43,782 nucleotides of DNA from Eubacteriales bacterium (GCA_045653185.1 JAZOLQ010000038.1:1-43782), one strand, 5' to 3'; counted from the first letter of the stretch, positions 34,729 to 43,782 are shown. Notes: generated from the letters alone by a model not told the origin. Program-made: numbers and translations.

Positions 34729-36021
34729 TTATTTTTTTCGTTTCATTCTTGCTATGAAAAATCCGTCGGTATGGTGAAGGTCGGGGTAAAGAGAGAGCAG
34801 TCCCGAAGGGCAAGAGAGAGTGCCGAAATCAAAGCCTTGAAGCTCAAAATCCTTGTGCTCAGCAAGAAATCTTGCGACGTTTTCCTCATTTTCCTCGGGA
34901 AATACCGTGCAGGTCGAATATACGAGAGTGCCGCCACGTTTCACGTAGCGAGAGCAGTTTGAGAGTATCGCAAGCTGAACGTCGGGAAGCGCCGCAGACT
35001 CTGCGGGGTCTTTATAGCGAAGCTCGGGCTTCTTTGCTATCACTCCAAAGCCGGAACATGGAACGTCGCAAAGTACCTTGTCTGCCGCCTCATCAAGCTC
35101 GGGAATAAACATCTTTCCGTCGTGCGCCTTTGCCGTGATTATATCTATGCAAAGACGCTCCGCCCCTGAAGTTATAAGCGAGAGCTTGTTTTTGTGCAGG
35201 TCAAAGGAGAGGATTTTGCCGCGGTTTTTCATATCTATCGCCATGCCAAAGCTCTTAGAGCCGGGACACGAGCAAGCGTCTATCACGGTGTCTCCTGCCT
35301 CTGCGCCGACAGCTCCCACACATATCTGCGAAGCCTCGTCTTGAACGAAAAAGTGTCCGTCATCAAAGCCCCAAAGCTCACGCACAGAACCGCTTATCTT
35401 AAGTCCGTTTGGCGATATTTCAGAGAGAGAAGAACCATTTATATGAGACATAAGCTCGTCCCGCGTGCTTTTTAGCGTATTCACGCGCAGAGAGGTTTTG
35501 GGAGTTTCAAAGGAAGCCTCAAGAAAAGATTTGGCGCGCTCAAAGCCAAATACAGATATCAGCTTTTTTGCAAGAGGGATACACACTGAATAGGCTACCG
35601 ACAGGTATTTTTCGGCAGAGTCAGAGGGAGAGGGAAGCTCTATTTCAGAGTCGAGCCTTGTGTATGAACGCAAAATGGCGTTTACAAAGCCCGAATAGCT
35701 TTTTCGGCAAAGAGAAACTGTCTCGTTTATAGCAGCGTGAGGCGGTATCTTGCTCATATATACGAGCTGATAAAGTCCCATTCTGAGCGCGCATATCGCT
35801 TCGGCATCTATCGTGCCAAGAGGGCGGGAGGAAAGCGCCGATATGTAATAGTCAAGAGTTATCCGTCTTTCCGTGACGCCGTAAACTATGGTGGATACGA
35901 GCGCCTTGTCAGCGATTGAAAGACCGCTCGCAGAAAGCGCGTGGTCTATGGCTATATTTGAATATTGATTTGATCTTTCGCTTTTGAGCAATACGCTCAT
36001 AGCCACTTGTCTTGCGTTCAT
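34729..36021 (-). CDS. rsmB: 16S rRNA (cytosine967-C5)-methyltransferase RsmB
   Basis: 430 aa: a NusB-like N-terminal domain, then the SAM methyltransferase motifs DACSCPGSKS, DVPCSGFGV and YSTCT. Confidence 0.88.
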   Translation of the reverse strand: MNARQVAMSVLLKSERSNQYSNIAIDHALSASGLSIADKALVSTIVYGVTERRITLDYYISALSSRPLGTIDAEAICALRMGLYQLVYMSKIPPHAAINETVSLCRKSYSGFVNAILRSYTRLDSEIELPSPSDSAEKYLSVAYSVCIPLAKKLISVFGFERAKSFLEASFETPKTSLRVNTLKSTRDELMSHINGSSLSEISPNGLKISGSVRELWGFDDGHFFVQDEASQICVGAVGAEAGDTVIDACSCPGSKSFGMAIDMKNRGKILSFDLHKNKLSLITSGAERLCIDIITAKAHDGKMFIPELDEAADKVLCDVPCSGFGVIAKKPELRYKDPAESAALPDVQLAILSNCSRYVKRGGTLVYSTCTVFPEENEENVARFLAEHKDFELQGFDFGTLSCPSGLLSLYPDLHHTDGFFIARMKRKK

Positions 36022-36035
36022 ATATTCCTACTTTG

Positions 36036-36068
36036 TACGGGAGCGATATGCGAAGCATCACTCCCGTA
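36036..36068. other. Intercistronic stem-loop between the YugP-like gene and rsmB
   Basis: TACGGGAG (36036-36043) pairs with CTCCCGTA (36061-36068), with an inner ATGC/GCAT helix. A T-run follows only on the + strand, which is the antisense strand here. Confidence 0.4.
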
Positions 36069-36092
36069 AAACCTATTTTTTATTCTTTGCGT

Positions 36093-36791
36093 TTAATCTC
36101 TTCTTCTGCCGCTTGCGAGAACGAGCAAACGGAGAAGGGTCAAGAGAGAGGTTGCAAGTGCCGCCACGTAGGTCATAGCCGCCGCGGTAAGCACTTTCTT
36201 TGATGAGTCGTACTCTTTTGGGTCAAGCATGCCCGATGACTTTATCGCCTGAAGCGCTCTTGCCGACGCGTTGAATTCGACGGGAAGGGTTACAAGCTGA
36301 AAAAGCGTTACGGTGGAATAGAGAAGTATTCCCGCTACCAAAAGGATATCGGTCGCGAGCAAGAGTCCGATGAAAAACAGAGGCATAGCAAGCATAGAGC
36401 CGAATCGTGTCAAGGGAATTATCGTCATTCTCACCTTTATCGGAAAATAGTTCTTTGCGTGCTGTACCGCGTGTCCCGCCTCGTGACAGGCAACTCCGAC
36501 AGCCGCGGCGCTCGTTGACGAATATACGTCATCCGAGAGGCGAATGACGTTTGCTCGCGGATCATAGTGGTCTGTCAACTTTCCGCGCACATGCTCTATC
36601 TTGACGTCGTAAAGTCCGTTCTCGTTGAGAACTCGGCGAGCGGCGTCAGCGCCCGTGATCCCGCGCTTTGTAGGGATCTTTGAATATTTATCGAAGGTCG
36701 ATTTGACCTTTATCTGCGCCCATACCGAGATAATGAGCGCGGGAAGGACTATAAGCACAGTCCAGTCGAAATAAAACCAACCGAAAAGCAT
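36093..36791 (-). CDS. Membrane zinc metallopeptidase (YugP-like)
   Basis: 232 aa with an N-terminal TM segment, the HEAGHAVQH (HExxH) motif and C-terminal TM helices. Confidence 0.75.
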   Translation of the reverse strand: MLFGWFYFDWTVLIVLPALIISVWAQIKVKSTFDKYSKIPTKRGITGADAARRVLNENGLYDVKIEHVRGKLTDHYDPRANVIRLSDDVYSSTSAAAVGVACHEAGHAVQHAKNYFPIKVRMTIIPLTRFGSMLAMPLFFIGLLLATDILLVAGILLYSTVTLFQLVTLPVEFNASARALQAIKSSGMLDPKEYDSSKKVLTAAAMTYVAALATSLLTLLRLLVLASGRRRD

Positions 36792-36814
36792 AGTTTACTC
36801 CTTAATGATCTAAA

Positions 36815-37756
36815 TTATTTCAGGATATCGCCGAGGGCTATTTTTCTCCCACGGATAAAATCAGCCGCGCTCATACGTCCCTTACCCTCGGGAAGCACTC
36901 GCAAAAGCTTTATCGCACCGTGTCTGCAAGCCACGGTGATAGCGTCGCCGTCAAGCGAGATCACCTTTCCGATATCCTCGTCGGCATAATCTTTTGTGTC
37001 TTGACCCACACGGCTCTCAAGCACCTTCAAAAGCTTTCCGTCGGGAGTGTGCGTGAAGGCGAGCGGTATGGGAGAAAGACCTCTTATGAGGTCGTGCGCC
37101 ACCTTTGCGTCGCAATCGAAATTTATAAGGCAGTCGCATTTTTCTATCTTTGCGGCGTAGGTTGAGAGGGAATTGTCCTGAGGAATTGAAGGAGCAGAGC
37201 CATTTTTGATAAGCTCTACCGTTTTTATAAGAAGAGATGCGCCGCACGCTCCAAGTCTGTCGTGAAGATCCTCGAAATTGTCGTTCTCATCTATCTCGAC
37301 TTCTTCTTTGAGTATCATATTTCCCGTGTCAAGTCCGACGTCCATATACATCGTTGTGATGCCCGTTGTCTTTTTGCCGTCGATTATCGCTCTTTGCATG
37401 GGAGCTGCTCCTCTGTATTCGGGAAGAAGCGAGCCGTGTACGTTCACGCAGCCGTATTTTGCGAATTTCAAAACGTTTTCGGGAAGCAACTTGCCGTATG
37501 CGACAACGATTATAAGATCGGGAGCGAGCTCGCTGAGAAGCGAAGCGAATTCCTCACCTCTTAGCGTTGCGGGTTGCCAGACGGGAATAGCGTGCTCCTC
37601 GGCGTAAACCTTTACAGGCGGAGGAGTGAGCGTATATCCGCGGCCTTTCGGCTTATCGGGCTGTGTTATTACACCTATAACGTTTTCTCCGGCGCGGCAA
37701 AGCGCGTCAAGAGAAAAGACGGCAAAATCGGGAGTGCCCATAAAAAGAATTTTCAT
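36815..37756 (-). CDS. fmt: Methionyl-tRNA formyltransferase
   Basis: 313 aa, MKILFMGTPDFAV...NVHGSLLPEYRGAAPMQRAI. Confidence 0.92.
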   Translation of the reverse strand: MKILFMGTPDFAVFSLDALCRAGENVIGVITQPDKPKGRGYTLTPPPVKVYAEEHAIPVWQPATLRGEEFASLLSELAPDLIIVVAYGKLLPENVLKFAKYGCVNVHGSLLPEYRGAAPMQRAIIDGKKTTGITTMYMDVGLDTGNMILKEEVEIDENDNFEDLHDRLGACGASLLIKTVELIKNGSAPSIPQDNSLSTYAAKIEKCDCLINFDCDAKVAHDLIRGLSPIPLAFTHTPDGKLLKVLESRVGQDTKDYADEDIGKVISLDGDAITVACRHGAIKLLRVLPEGKGRMSAADFIRGRKIALGDILK

Positions 37757-37776
37757 AGTTCGTCTGTCTCCAATAG

Positions 37777-38232
37777 TTATTTACTGGTAATATCTTTTGC
37801 AATATCGATATAGAGCTTACCGTCAAGGTGGTCAAGCTCGTGGCAGAATGCGCGGGCAAGAAGTCCCGAGCCTGTGATATCAAAGGTCTCTCCCTTGCGG
37901 TTGAGAGCGCGAACGGTAACGTGCATGGGACGTGTGACCGTGCCGAATTTTCCGGGGACGGAAAGACAGCCCTCGGTGTCCTCCTGCGAGCCCGAAAAAG
38001 CAATTATTTTTGGATTTATAAGCTCGATAAGATTTCCTTCCTCGACCTCAATGACCACTATTCTGCGAAGAACGCCGACCTGAGGAGCGGCAAGTCCCAC
38101 GCCGTCAGCCGAGTGCATAGTCTCCGCCATATCGTCAAGCAGAGTGAGAATTCTGGGGGTTATCTTATCAACGGGACGGCAGACCTTTCTGAGTACGTCG
38201 TCACCGAGCTTTACTATCTTTAGTTTTGCCAT
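37777..38232 (-). CDS. def: Peptide deformylase
   Basis: 151 aa with GLAAPQVG, EGCLSVPG and HELDHL. Confidence 0.92.
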   Translation of the reverse strand: MAKLKIVKLGDDVLRKVCRPVDKITPRILTLLDDMAETMHSADGVGLAAPQVGVLRRIVVIEVEEGNLIELINPKIIAFSGSQEDTEGCLSVPGKFGTVTRPMHVTVRALNRKGETFDITGSGLLARAFCHELDHLDGKLYIDIAKDITSK

Positions 38233-38261
38233 AATAGTATGTCCTTTATTATTTTTAAAAT

Positions 38262-40748
38262 TTATAAATTTGATGGATTGAAATCTATCGATAGCGAGAT
38301 GCCCTTTGCTCCCGAGCGTGAAAATCTTGTGAGTATTTCGCCAAAGAGTGTGCGCGAGCGCTTGTTAAGTCGGCACTTTGCGACAATCCTCATTCGGTAT
38401 TTATTCTCGACCTTGTAAACAGGTGCTTCAAACGGACCGAAGCAGATAAGCGGAACATCACTGTAATCTGCCCCTGACAGCTCCTTTAGCATATTCGCAA
38501 GTATTCCGGATGCGCGAAGAAGTTCTTTTTCGTCAGCCGAGGTCACCGTCATCATACAGATGTCGCAGAAGGGCGGAAAAACAAGCAGCTTTCTCAGCCG
38601 TATCTCGCTTTTGTAAAACGCCTCGTAATCCTGCGCGCAGGCAAGCTTTATACATTCGTGCTCGGGATTGTTAGTCTGTATTACCGCCTCACCTTTCCGC
38701 TTTGCCCGTCCCGCGCGGCCGATAACCTGAGTTATCATAGCGAAGGTACGCTCGTTTGCGCGGTAGTCGTCAAGGTAGAGAGAGGAATCGGCAAGGAGCA
38801 CGCCGACAAGAGAAACGTCGGGGAAATCGTGTCCTTTTGTGACCATCTGTGTGCCAAGCAGTATGTCCGCTTCATGTCGGCGGAATTTACCGAGCATATC
38901 CTCGTAGGCATATTTTGTGGAAGCCGAATCGGTATCCATTCTCAGTATAGCGGCATCGGGCAAGAGAGAGGAAAGCTCCTGCTCGACCTTTTGAGTGCCG
39001 TATCCCATTCTTACAAGGTGTGGACTGTGGCAAGACGGGCACTCCGTAGGGACAGGCTGTCTCTTTCCGCACCAATGGCAGCGAAGCTCGCCGCGGTCGT
39101 ATGCGTTTCCCACTGTATGATAAGTCATAGAAACACTGCAAACAGGACATTTTATTGCCTCACCGCAACTTCGGCAGCTGAGGAAGTTATTGTATCCTCG
39201 TCTGTTCAGAAAAAGTACCGACTGTCCGCCAGAGCGTTTGTTCTCGACAAGCTTTCGGCAGAGCATATCCGAGAGCGGAGAGGTGTTGCCTGCCTGAGCC
39301 TCGGGTCTCATGTCGCAGACAGAGACGGTGGGAAGCACGGCGTCTCCAAATCTCTCGGTAAGCTTTATAAGCTCGTATTTGCCCTCCTCGGCTTTTCGAT
39401 AGCTTTCGAGAGAGGGGGTCGCAGAGGCAAGAAGCATCAGCGCGTTATTGTATGCGCAACGGTATCTCGCGATATCCCTCGCATGATACTTGGGGTTCAT
39501 ATCGGATTTATATGTGTGCTCCTGCTCCTCGTCTATAACTATAAGTCCAAGGTTTGAAAGCGGAGCAAATACAGCAGAACGAGTACCGATTATAAGGTCT
39601 GCTTTACCCTCTTTTATCTTATTATAGGTGTCGAATCTTTCTCCCGTACTGAGCGCCGAATGAATGACGGCAACACGGTTTCCGTAGCGGGAGCAGAATA
39701 TACCGAGTGTCTGCGGAGTGAGCGATATCTCGGGCAAAAGCACGATTACGCTTCTTCCGTCATTGAGCACACGGTCTATCAGCTTCATCATAACGCAGGT
39801 CTTTCCGCTTCCCGTAATTCCGTGCAAAAGCGCCGCGCGCGGCTCGCCTGTGTCCAGAAGCGCCTTGAGTCTGTCAAGCGCCGCCTGTTGCTCGGAGTTG
39901 AGAACGACTTCCTTGGGCGTGCCGATATATTCATCTATTCCCGCTCTGTCTATGCGTCGGAGAGTTTTCTTGATAAGACCCTTATCAAGAAGTGATTTTA
40001 TCTGCGCTTTAGATGCGCCCGAGAGCGACATAAGCTCATCCTCGCGCACCTCAGCAGACGCAAAGGAGAGCAAGCGGATAAGCTCTATATGCATAGGTGA
40101 GCGAAGACGGTATTTTTTATCGCTTCCGTCGCAGATCGCCGCCGCGTCATATTCTGATATGTTCAAGGAGTAGCAATTCTCGCTTTTTCCCTCGGTATCC
40201 TTGACCTCGAAGCTACGAAAAACAGCCCCGCATTCACGGAGCTTTCTCAGCGATGCGACAGTTGCAGGACCGAATTTAGTTTTGAGAAAATCAAAGCTGA
40301 CGCTTCCTCGTTTACGAATATACTCGTAAATAAGAAGCGTCGGAGCATCGATTCCTTTGAAATTATCGTCAAAATCGGGAGAGAATGAATAGACCTCAAC
40401 AAGCTTTGTGAGAACCGACGTGGGCACAACAGCTCTTGCCGCTTCGCCAAAGGTACAAAGCGTCTGCTCCTTCATAAAAAAACAAAGCTTTATAAGCTCT
40501 TCGGAAAGTGTGAGCTTGTTGTTACAAACCGAAAATATCGGCTTGCAGTCTATTCCCGACAAAAGAGGCTTTTCTCTGAGCTCGGTCACAACGGCAAGAC
40601 ATTTTCTGTTTGATGTTCCAAAGGGAACAGTCACAAACATGCCCCGTCCTATCGAGTCCCGAAGTTCTGACGGAATATAGTAGTCATAGTTGTTGTCAAG
40701 AAAATAGGGATTATCAAGCAGGTGTACTCCGGCGTATTCAAAAATCAT
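38262..40748 (-). CDS. priA: Primosomal protein N' (replication restart helicase PriA)
   Basis: 828 aa with Walker A GITGSGKT, the DEEQE box and Cys-rich zinc-binding inserts (CRSCGEAIKCPVC...CHWCG...CPSC). Confidence 0.9.
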   Translation of the reverse strand: MIFEYAGVHLLDNPYFLDNNYDYYIPSELRDSIGRGMFVTVPFGTSNRKCLAVVTELREKPLLSGIDCKPIFSVCNNKLTLSEELIKLCFFMKEQTLCTFGEAARAVVPTSVLTKLVEVYSFSPDFDDNFKGIDAPTLLIYEYIRKRGSVSFDFLKTKFGPATVASLRKLRECGAVFRSFEVKDTEGKSENCYSLNISEYDAAAICDGSDKKYRLRSPMHIELIRLLSFASAEVREDELMSLSGASKAQIKSLLDKGLIKKTLRRIDRAGIDEYIGTPKEVVLNSEQQAALDRLKALLDTGEPRAALLHGITGSGKTCVMMKLIDRVLNDGRSVIVLLPEISLTPQTLGIFCSRYGNRVAVIHSALSTGERFDTYNKIKEGKADLIIGTRSAVFAPLSNLGLIVIDEEQEHTYKSDMNPKYHARDIARYRCAYNNALMLLASATPSLESYRKAEEGKYELIKLTERFGDAVLPTVSVCDMRPEAQAGNTSPLSDMLCRKLVENKRSGGQSVLFLNRRGYNNFLSCRSCGEAIKCPVCSVSMTYHTVGNAYDRGELRCHWCGKRQPVPTECPSCHSPHLVRMGYGTQKVEQELSSLLPDAAILRMDTDSASTKYAYEDMLGKFRRHEADILLGTQMVTKGHDFPDVSLVGVLLADSSLYLDDYRANERTFAMITQVIGRAGRAKRKGEAVIQTNNPEHECIKLACAQDYEAFYKSEIRLRKLLVFPPFCDICMMTVTSADEKELLRASGILANMLKELSGADYSDVPLICFGPFEAPVYKVENKYRMRIVAKCRLNKRSRTLFGEILTRFSRSGAKGISLSIDFNPSNL

Positions 40749-40777
40749 AGCCGACCTTCCTTAAAAATCTTTTTCTT

Positions 40778-41077
40778 TTAAGCCTCAACAGTCTCCTCTG
40801 AAGAGATCTCCTCGGCTTCCTTTCTGATGAGTGTGTACTCGCCGCTGTGGATGCGGTTGATAGCGTTCTTGACCGCCTTTTCATCGCGGTATTCCTTGTT
40901 TATCATATTGATAACGCTCTTGTCAGCTTCTTTGTTACCCGTGGAAGCTTTTTCGGCTGCTTCGCGCTGTTTTACGTATTCGTCTGTTATCATACGAGCG
41001 CACTTTGCTGTTGCGAGAGCAAGCTCATAGCGGTTGAATTCGTCCTTTGTGAGTTCTGAAATTGTGGGGTAGATCAT
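40778..41077 (-). CDS. rpoZ: DNA-directed RNA polymerase subunit omega
   Basis: 99 aa. The N-terminus MIYPTISELTKDEFNRYELALATAKCARMI fits the P.I..L....RY.L....A.RAR pattern. It sits downstream of gmk and upstream of priA, as rpoZ does in Bacillus. Confidence 0.75.
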   Translation of the reverse strand: MIYPTISELTKDEFNRYELALATAKCARMITDEYVKQREAAEKASTGNKEADKSVINMINKEYRDEKAVKNAINRIHSGEYTLIRKEAEEISSEETVEA

Positions 41078-41137
41078 TTTGCGTCTCCTTAGGTTAGAAT
41101 ATAATATTATTGATATTGTTTGCGACGTAAAGTCGTT

Positions 41138-41749
41138 TTATAAATTTTTAAAATAGTTTTCTTTTACATTGTGATTTCTGCGAAGCGAGCTTCTTTCTGC
41201 TTCGACGATAGAAAGTATCTTTTGCGCGGCGTCCTTGTCGCCTCCGTCGTAATTGTATACGACGTAGTCGTAGGAGTCAACGTCCGAAAGCTCAGCCTTC
41301 GTGCGCTCAAGTCTTTCAAGTATCTTTTCCTCGGTCTCAGTGCCTCTGCCTCTGAGCCGTTGCTCCTGAGTGGCAAACGACGGTGGGAGAAGCATAATAA
41401 GTATAGCCTCGGGATACTTTTCTTTTATTTGATGAGCTCCGTCTATCTCTATCTCAAGTATAAGATTTTTTCCGCCTTCAAGAACCGAGATAGCCTCTTT
41501 TTTGGGAGTTCCGTAAAAATTTCCGCAATACTCGGTGTATTCAAGCATATCACCCGAGCCTATTCTTGAGAGAAATTCATCGCGTGTTATAAAGTAATAA
41601 TTCACGCCGTTCTGCTCGCCGGGGCGAGGAGCGCGGGTCGTTGCGGATACCGAATAAACGAAGTCGCCTGTTCCTAGAAGATGTGCGTTGACAGTTCCTT
41701 TACCGCTTCCCGCAGGACCTGAGATTATAAGCATCAATCCTTTTTCCAT
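41138..41749 (-). CDS. gmk: Guanylate kinase
   Basis: The preferred start is the ATG at 41749 (MEKGLMLIISGPAGSGKGT), with GGAGAGGA 5 nt upstream and lying 1 nt after the remA stop. TTRAPRPGEQNGVNYYF is present. Confidence 0.9.
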   Translation of the reverse strand: MEKGLMLIISGPAGSGKGTVNAHLLGTGDFVYSVSATTRAPRPGEQNGVNYYFITRDEFLSRIGSGDMLEYTEYCGNFYGTPKKEAISVLEGGKNLILEIEIDGAHQIKEKYPEAILIMLLPPSFATQEQRLRGRGTETEEKILERLERTKAELSDVDSYDYVVYNYDGGDKDAAQKILSIVEAERSSLRRNHNVKENYFKNL

Positions 41750-41750
41750 A

Positions 41751-42011
41751 TCATTCCTCTCCGTCCGAGTCATCTATTCCGCTGTCAAGGCGGTTCGCGA
41801 TTGTTTCCGACTGTATTGCCGAGAGGATAACGTGCTCGCTGTCTGTTATGATAACGGCACGTGTACGGCGTCCGCAGGAGACGTCTATCACGCGTCCCGC
41901 GTCTTTAGCGTCCTGAATAAGACGCTTTATGGGCGCGGAGTCGGGACTGACGATAGTTATAACTCTGTCCGACGCCACCATATTTCCAAATCCTATGTTT
42001 ATGAATTTCAT
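41751..42011 (-). CDS. remA: RemA/YlzA family (DUF370) regulator
   Basis: 86 aa. [75 protein letters not shown] is very close to B. subtilis RemA as I recall that sequence. Confidence 0.88.
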   Translation of the reverse strand: MKFINIGFGNMVASDRVITIVSPDSAPIKRLIQDAKDAGRVIDVSCGRRTRAVIITDSEHVILSAIQSETIANRLDSGIDDSDGEE

Positions 42012-42026
42012 TGTCTTTCCTCGTGT

Positions 42027-42914
42027 TTATTCTATGTTCTGAATTTGTTCTCTTATCTTCTCTATCTCGCACTTAACGTCCACGACCTTTCGCGTTATAT
42101 CAGCATTCGAGGACTTTGAGCCTATCGTGTTTATCTCGCGGTTTAGCTCCTGAACGAGAAAGTCAAGTCTTCTGCCGACGGGCTCGTCGGATTCGAGAAT
42201 AGAACGGAAACCGTCAAAATGCGAGCGCAGACGAACCAGCTCCTCGTCGATAGCTATCTTGTCTGCAAATATGGCGCACTCTGTGAGTATTCTGCTTTCG
42301 TCGAATACGATGCGGTTATCCGAGAGCATATCGCGAAGCTTTTCCTCAAGCTTCTGACGGTAGGAACGCGTGTCATTTGCGGAAAGTGCGTCTATCTCAT
42401 CGACGTATCGGCTGATAGAATCTACCTTTCCGACAAGGTCGCGCTCTATATTTTCTCCCTCGCGCCTTCTTGCGCCGAGGAATTTTTCAATTGCAATGTC
42501 AAGGACGCTTGCGAGAGCTTTCCAGTCCTTCTCAATGTCGTCCTCGGATTTTGTTTCGATAAATATGTCCTTGTTTTGCGCCACCCTCATTATAGAGATG
42601 TCGTCGCGAAGGTCGAATTTTTCACCGAGCAGACGGAGCGCAGAGATATACTGCTTTGCATATCCCTCATCGATGGCAATATTTATATCGGGTGTATCCA
42701 CAACGTCTATCGACACGAAAACATCGACTTTTCCGCGGGATATCGAATGAGCCTGAAGATACGGTTTTACCTTTTCCTCAAGAAAAGAAAAAGCGCGGGG
42801 CAGCTTTACCGAGCAATCAAAGAAACGGTTGTTTACCGATTTTATTTCGACGGTTATATCCTTACCGTCAACTGTGGCTCTGGCTCTGCCAAAAGCCGTC
42901 ATACTTTTTATCAT
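42027..42914 (-). CDS. YicC/YloC family stress-induced protein
   Basis: The start is the ATG at 42914 (MIKSMTAFGRA...EIKSVNNRFFD), with AGAGG upstream. The C-terminal motif is EMNREINTIGSK-like (ELNREINTIGSKS). The ORF-track extension to 42983 is unsupported. Confidence 0.85.
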   Translation of the reverse strand: MIKSMTAFGRARATVDGKDITVEIKSVNNRFFDCSVKLPRAFSFLEEKVKPYLQAHSISRGKVDVFVSIDVVDTPDINIAIDEGYAKQYISALRLLGEKFDLRDDISIMRVAQNKDIFIETKSEDDIEKDWKALASVLDIAIEKFLGARRREGENIERDLVGKVDSISRYVDEIDALSANDTRSYRQKLEEKLRDMLSDNRIVFDESRILTECAIFADKIAIDEELVRLRSHFDGFRSILESDEPVGRRLDFLVQELNREINTIGSKSSNADITRKVVDVKCEIEKIREQIQNIE

Positions 42915-43095
42915 TTGCGAAAACCTCTTTAAAACAGATAGATATACATAATTTATTATAATATAAATCCAAATTTTTGTCAATGGATTTTCTGATTTTA
43001 ATTAGTTTTTCGCTCGATAATCGCGACGAAATATACAAAAAGAGAACATGAAAATTGTGTAAAAAGCGGAAAATATAAAATCAACTCCAGAGTTA

Positions 43096-43123
43096 TTGAC
43101 GGTCACGGACCGTATGATATAAC
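43096..43123 (+). promoter_or_regulatory. Extended -10 promoter upstream of the 43175 small ORF
   Basis: TTGACG (43096-43101), a 16-nt spacer ending in TGa, then TATAAC (43118-43123). Confidence 0.45.
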
Positions 43124-43174
43124 CAAATCGAGGTGAACGGCGTTCCTATATTTGATTTGCAAAGGAGATTTATT

Positions 43175-43396
43175 ATGAAACGTGATATTAAGAAAAGCAA
43201 TATGGAAAAATATTTTACCCAAAAGGCTTGGAGAGTGGCCGTCGAAATCTTTTTGATTTTTCTATATCATGGACGGCGGATTTTACGCTATGACAGGCTC
43301 TTCTGTTTTTGGACTGTTGTTTGGTACGTTTACGTTCGGCGCAATATTTATCCTCATGAGATTGCTCTTCTTGCGCGGCACGGTCAAGAGTATTAA
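43175..43396 (+). CDS. Small hypothetical protein; the reading frame is doubtful after ~codon 28 (see findings)
   Basis: AAAGGAGA lies 6 nt upstream of the ATG at 43175. The 3' half uses several CGG and AGG codons, while the overlapping frame (43269-43406) reads like a genuine TM segment. Confidence 0.4.
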   Translation: MKRDIKKSNMEKYFTQKAWRVAVEIFLIFLYHGRRILRYDRLFCFWTVVWYVYVRRNIYPHEIALLARHGQEY

Positions 43397-43494
43397 CAAA
43401 TTATAAGGATTGATGTTTTAGAGACCAAAATTTTCATTTTTGCATTATTTTTTGTGAAAATTTGTTTAATGTATATGTTTTTTTGAAAAAGTAC

Positions 43495-43523
43495 TTGCAA
43501 TTATTCAAAAAATGTAGTAAAAT
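43495..43523 (+). promoter_or_regulatory. Promoter for efp
   Basis: TTGCAA (43495-43500), a 17-nt spacer, then TAAAAT (43518-43523). Confidence 0.5.
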
Positions 43524-43588
43524 AAACTGTATTTTAATGCATATTATCGATATGCAAAAGTGAAAATCAATTTTGGAGGTAAATAAAA

Positions 43589-43782
43589 ATGGTAGTAGCC
43601 GGCGATTTTAAAAACGGTATAACCTTTGATATGGACGGTAACGTATTTCAGGTTATTGAGTTCCAGCACGTAAAACCCGGAAAAGGAGCAGCTTTCGTTC
43701 GTACAAAGATAAAGAACGTTATCACAGGCTCTGTTATTGAAAGAACTTTCAGCCCTACTGATAAGTTTGAGAACGCTTATAT
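43589..43782 (+). CDS. efp: Elongation factor P (3' end beyond window)
   Basis: GGAGG lies 8 nt upstream of the ATG at 43589. The translation is [54 protein letters not shown]... Confidence 0.92.
   Translation, partial: MVVAGDFKNGITFDMDGNVFQVIEFQHVKPGKGAAFVRTKIKNVITGSVIERTFSPTDKFENAY

Noticed and set aside
1-43782. Search by eye for CRISPR arrays, IS elements or transposases, integrases, and rRNA or tRNA genes
   Set aside because: I found no regularly spaced repeats, no DDE or tyrosine/serine recombinase-like ORFs, and no rRNA- or tRNA-like sequence. The only repeats seen are the 30-bp pair at 1830/2058 and the short motifs listed above.

Overview
This is a 43.8-kb chromosomal segment from a moderate-GC Firmicute. 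It looks Clostridia-like from its gene content (fhs, gatCAB, class I LysRS, remA, a yicC-like gene, ECF S-component), but that placement is an inference. About 45 CDS are packed mostly on the minus strand in housekeeping operons.

Gene content, left to right:
- A 5'-truncated class I LysRS.
- A heterodimeric ABC exporter pair.
- recG.
- An LRR lipoprotein cassette.
- rlmH-gatCAB with a walJ-like MBL hydrolase.
- Two membrane proteins.
- An ECF S-component.
- An acyl-ACP thioesterase.
- A small regulatory island at 17.1-19.3 kb.
- An ABC-F ATPase.
- A 509-bp non-coding gap.
- fhs-tsaE-tsaB-rpiB-ispD-ispF-rpe.
- A GDPD-like/IMPase fusion.
- A truncated AsnB-like protein.
- A long operon syntenic with the B. 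subtilis yloC...thiN region: yicC-like, remA, gmk, rpoZ, priA, def, fmt, a YugP-like peptidase, rsmB, rlmN, a PASTA protein, rsgA, thiN.
- The 5' end of efp.

I saw no rRNA or tRNA gene, CRISPR array, transposase or integrase.

The most interesting locus is 17140-19295. It holds a self-cleaving CI/LexA-type repressor and two perfect-consensus promoters that fire into each other. The leftward promoter appears to serve a Cys-rich protein plus a sigma/ArpU-like factor. Immediately downstream lies a MazF/EndoA toxin gene with no antitoxin gene, and no prophage genes lie anywhere nearby.

Other items worth a second look:
- A DnaA-box cluster in the ABC-F/rpe gap.
- A kinase-less PASTA protein at the position where PrpC-PrkC normally sit.
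- Two unusual domain architectures (GDPD-like/IMPase and LysRS/tRNA-binding domain).
- A 30-bp direct repeat bracketing a 198-bp insert.
- Short ORFs missing from the ORF track.

All functional calls come from motif recognition by eye. No database search was run.
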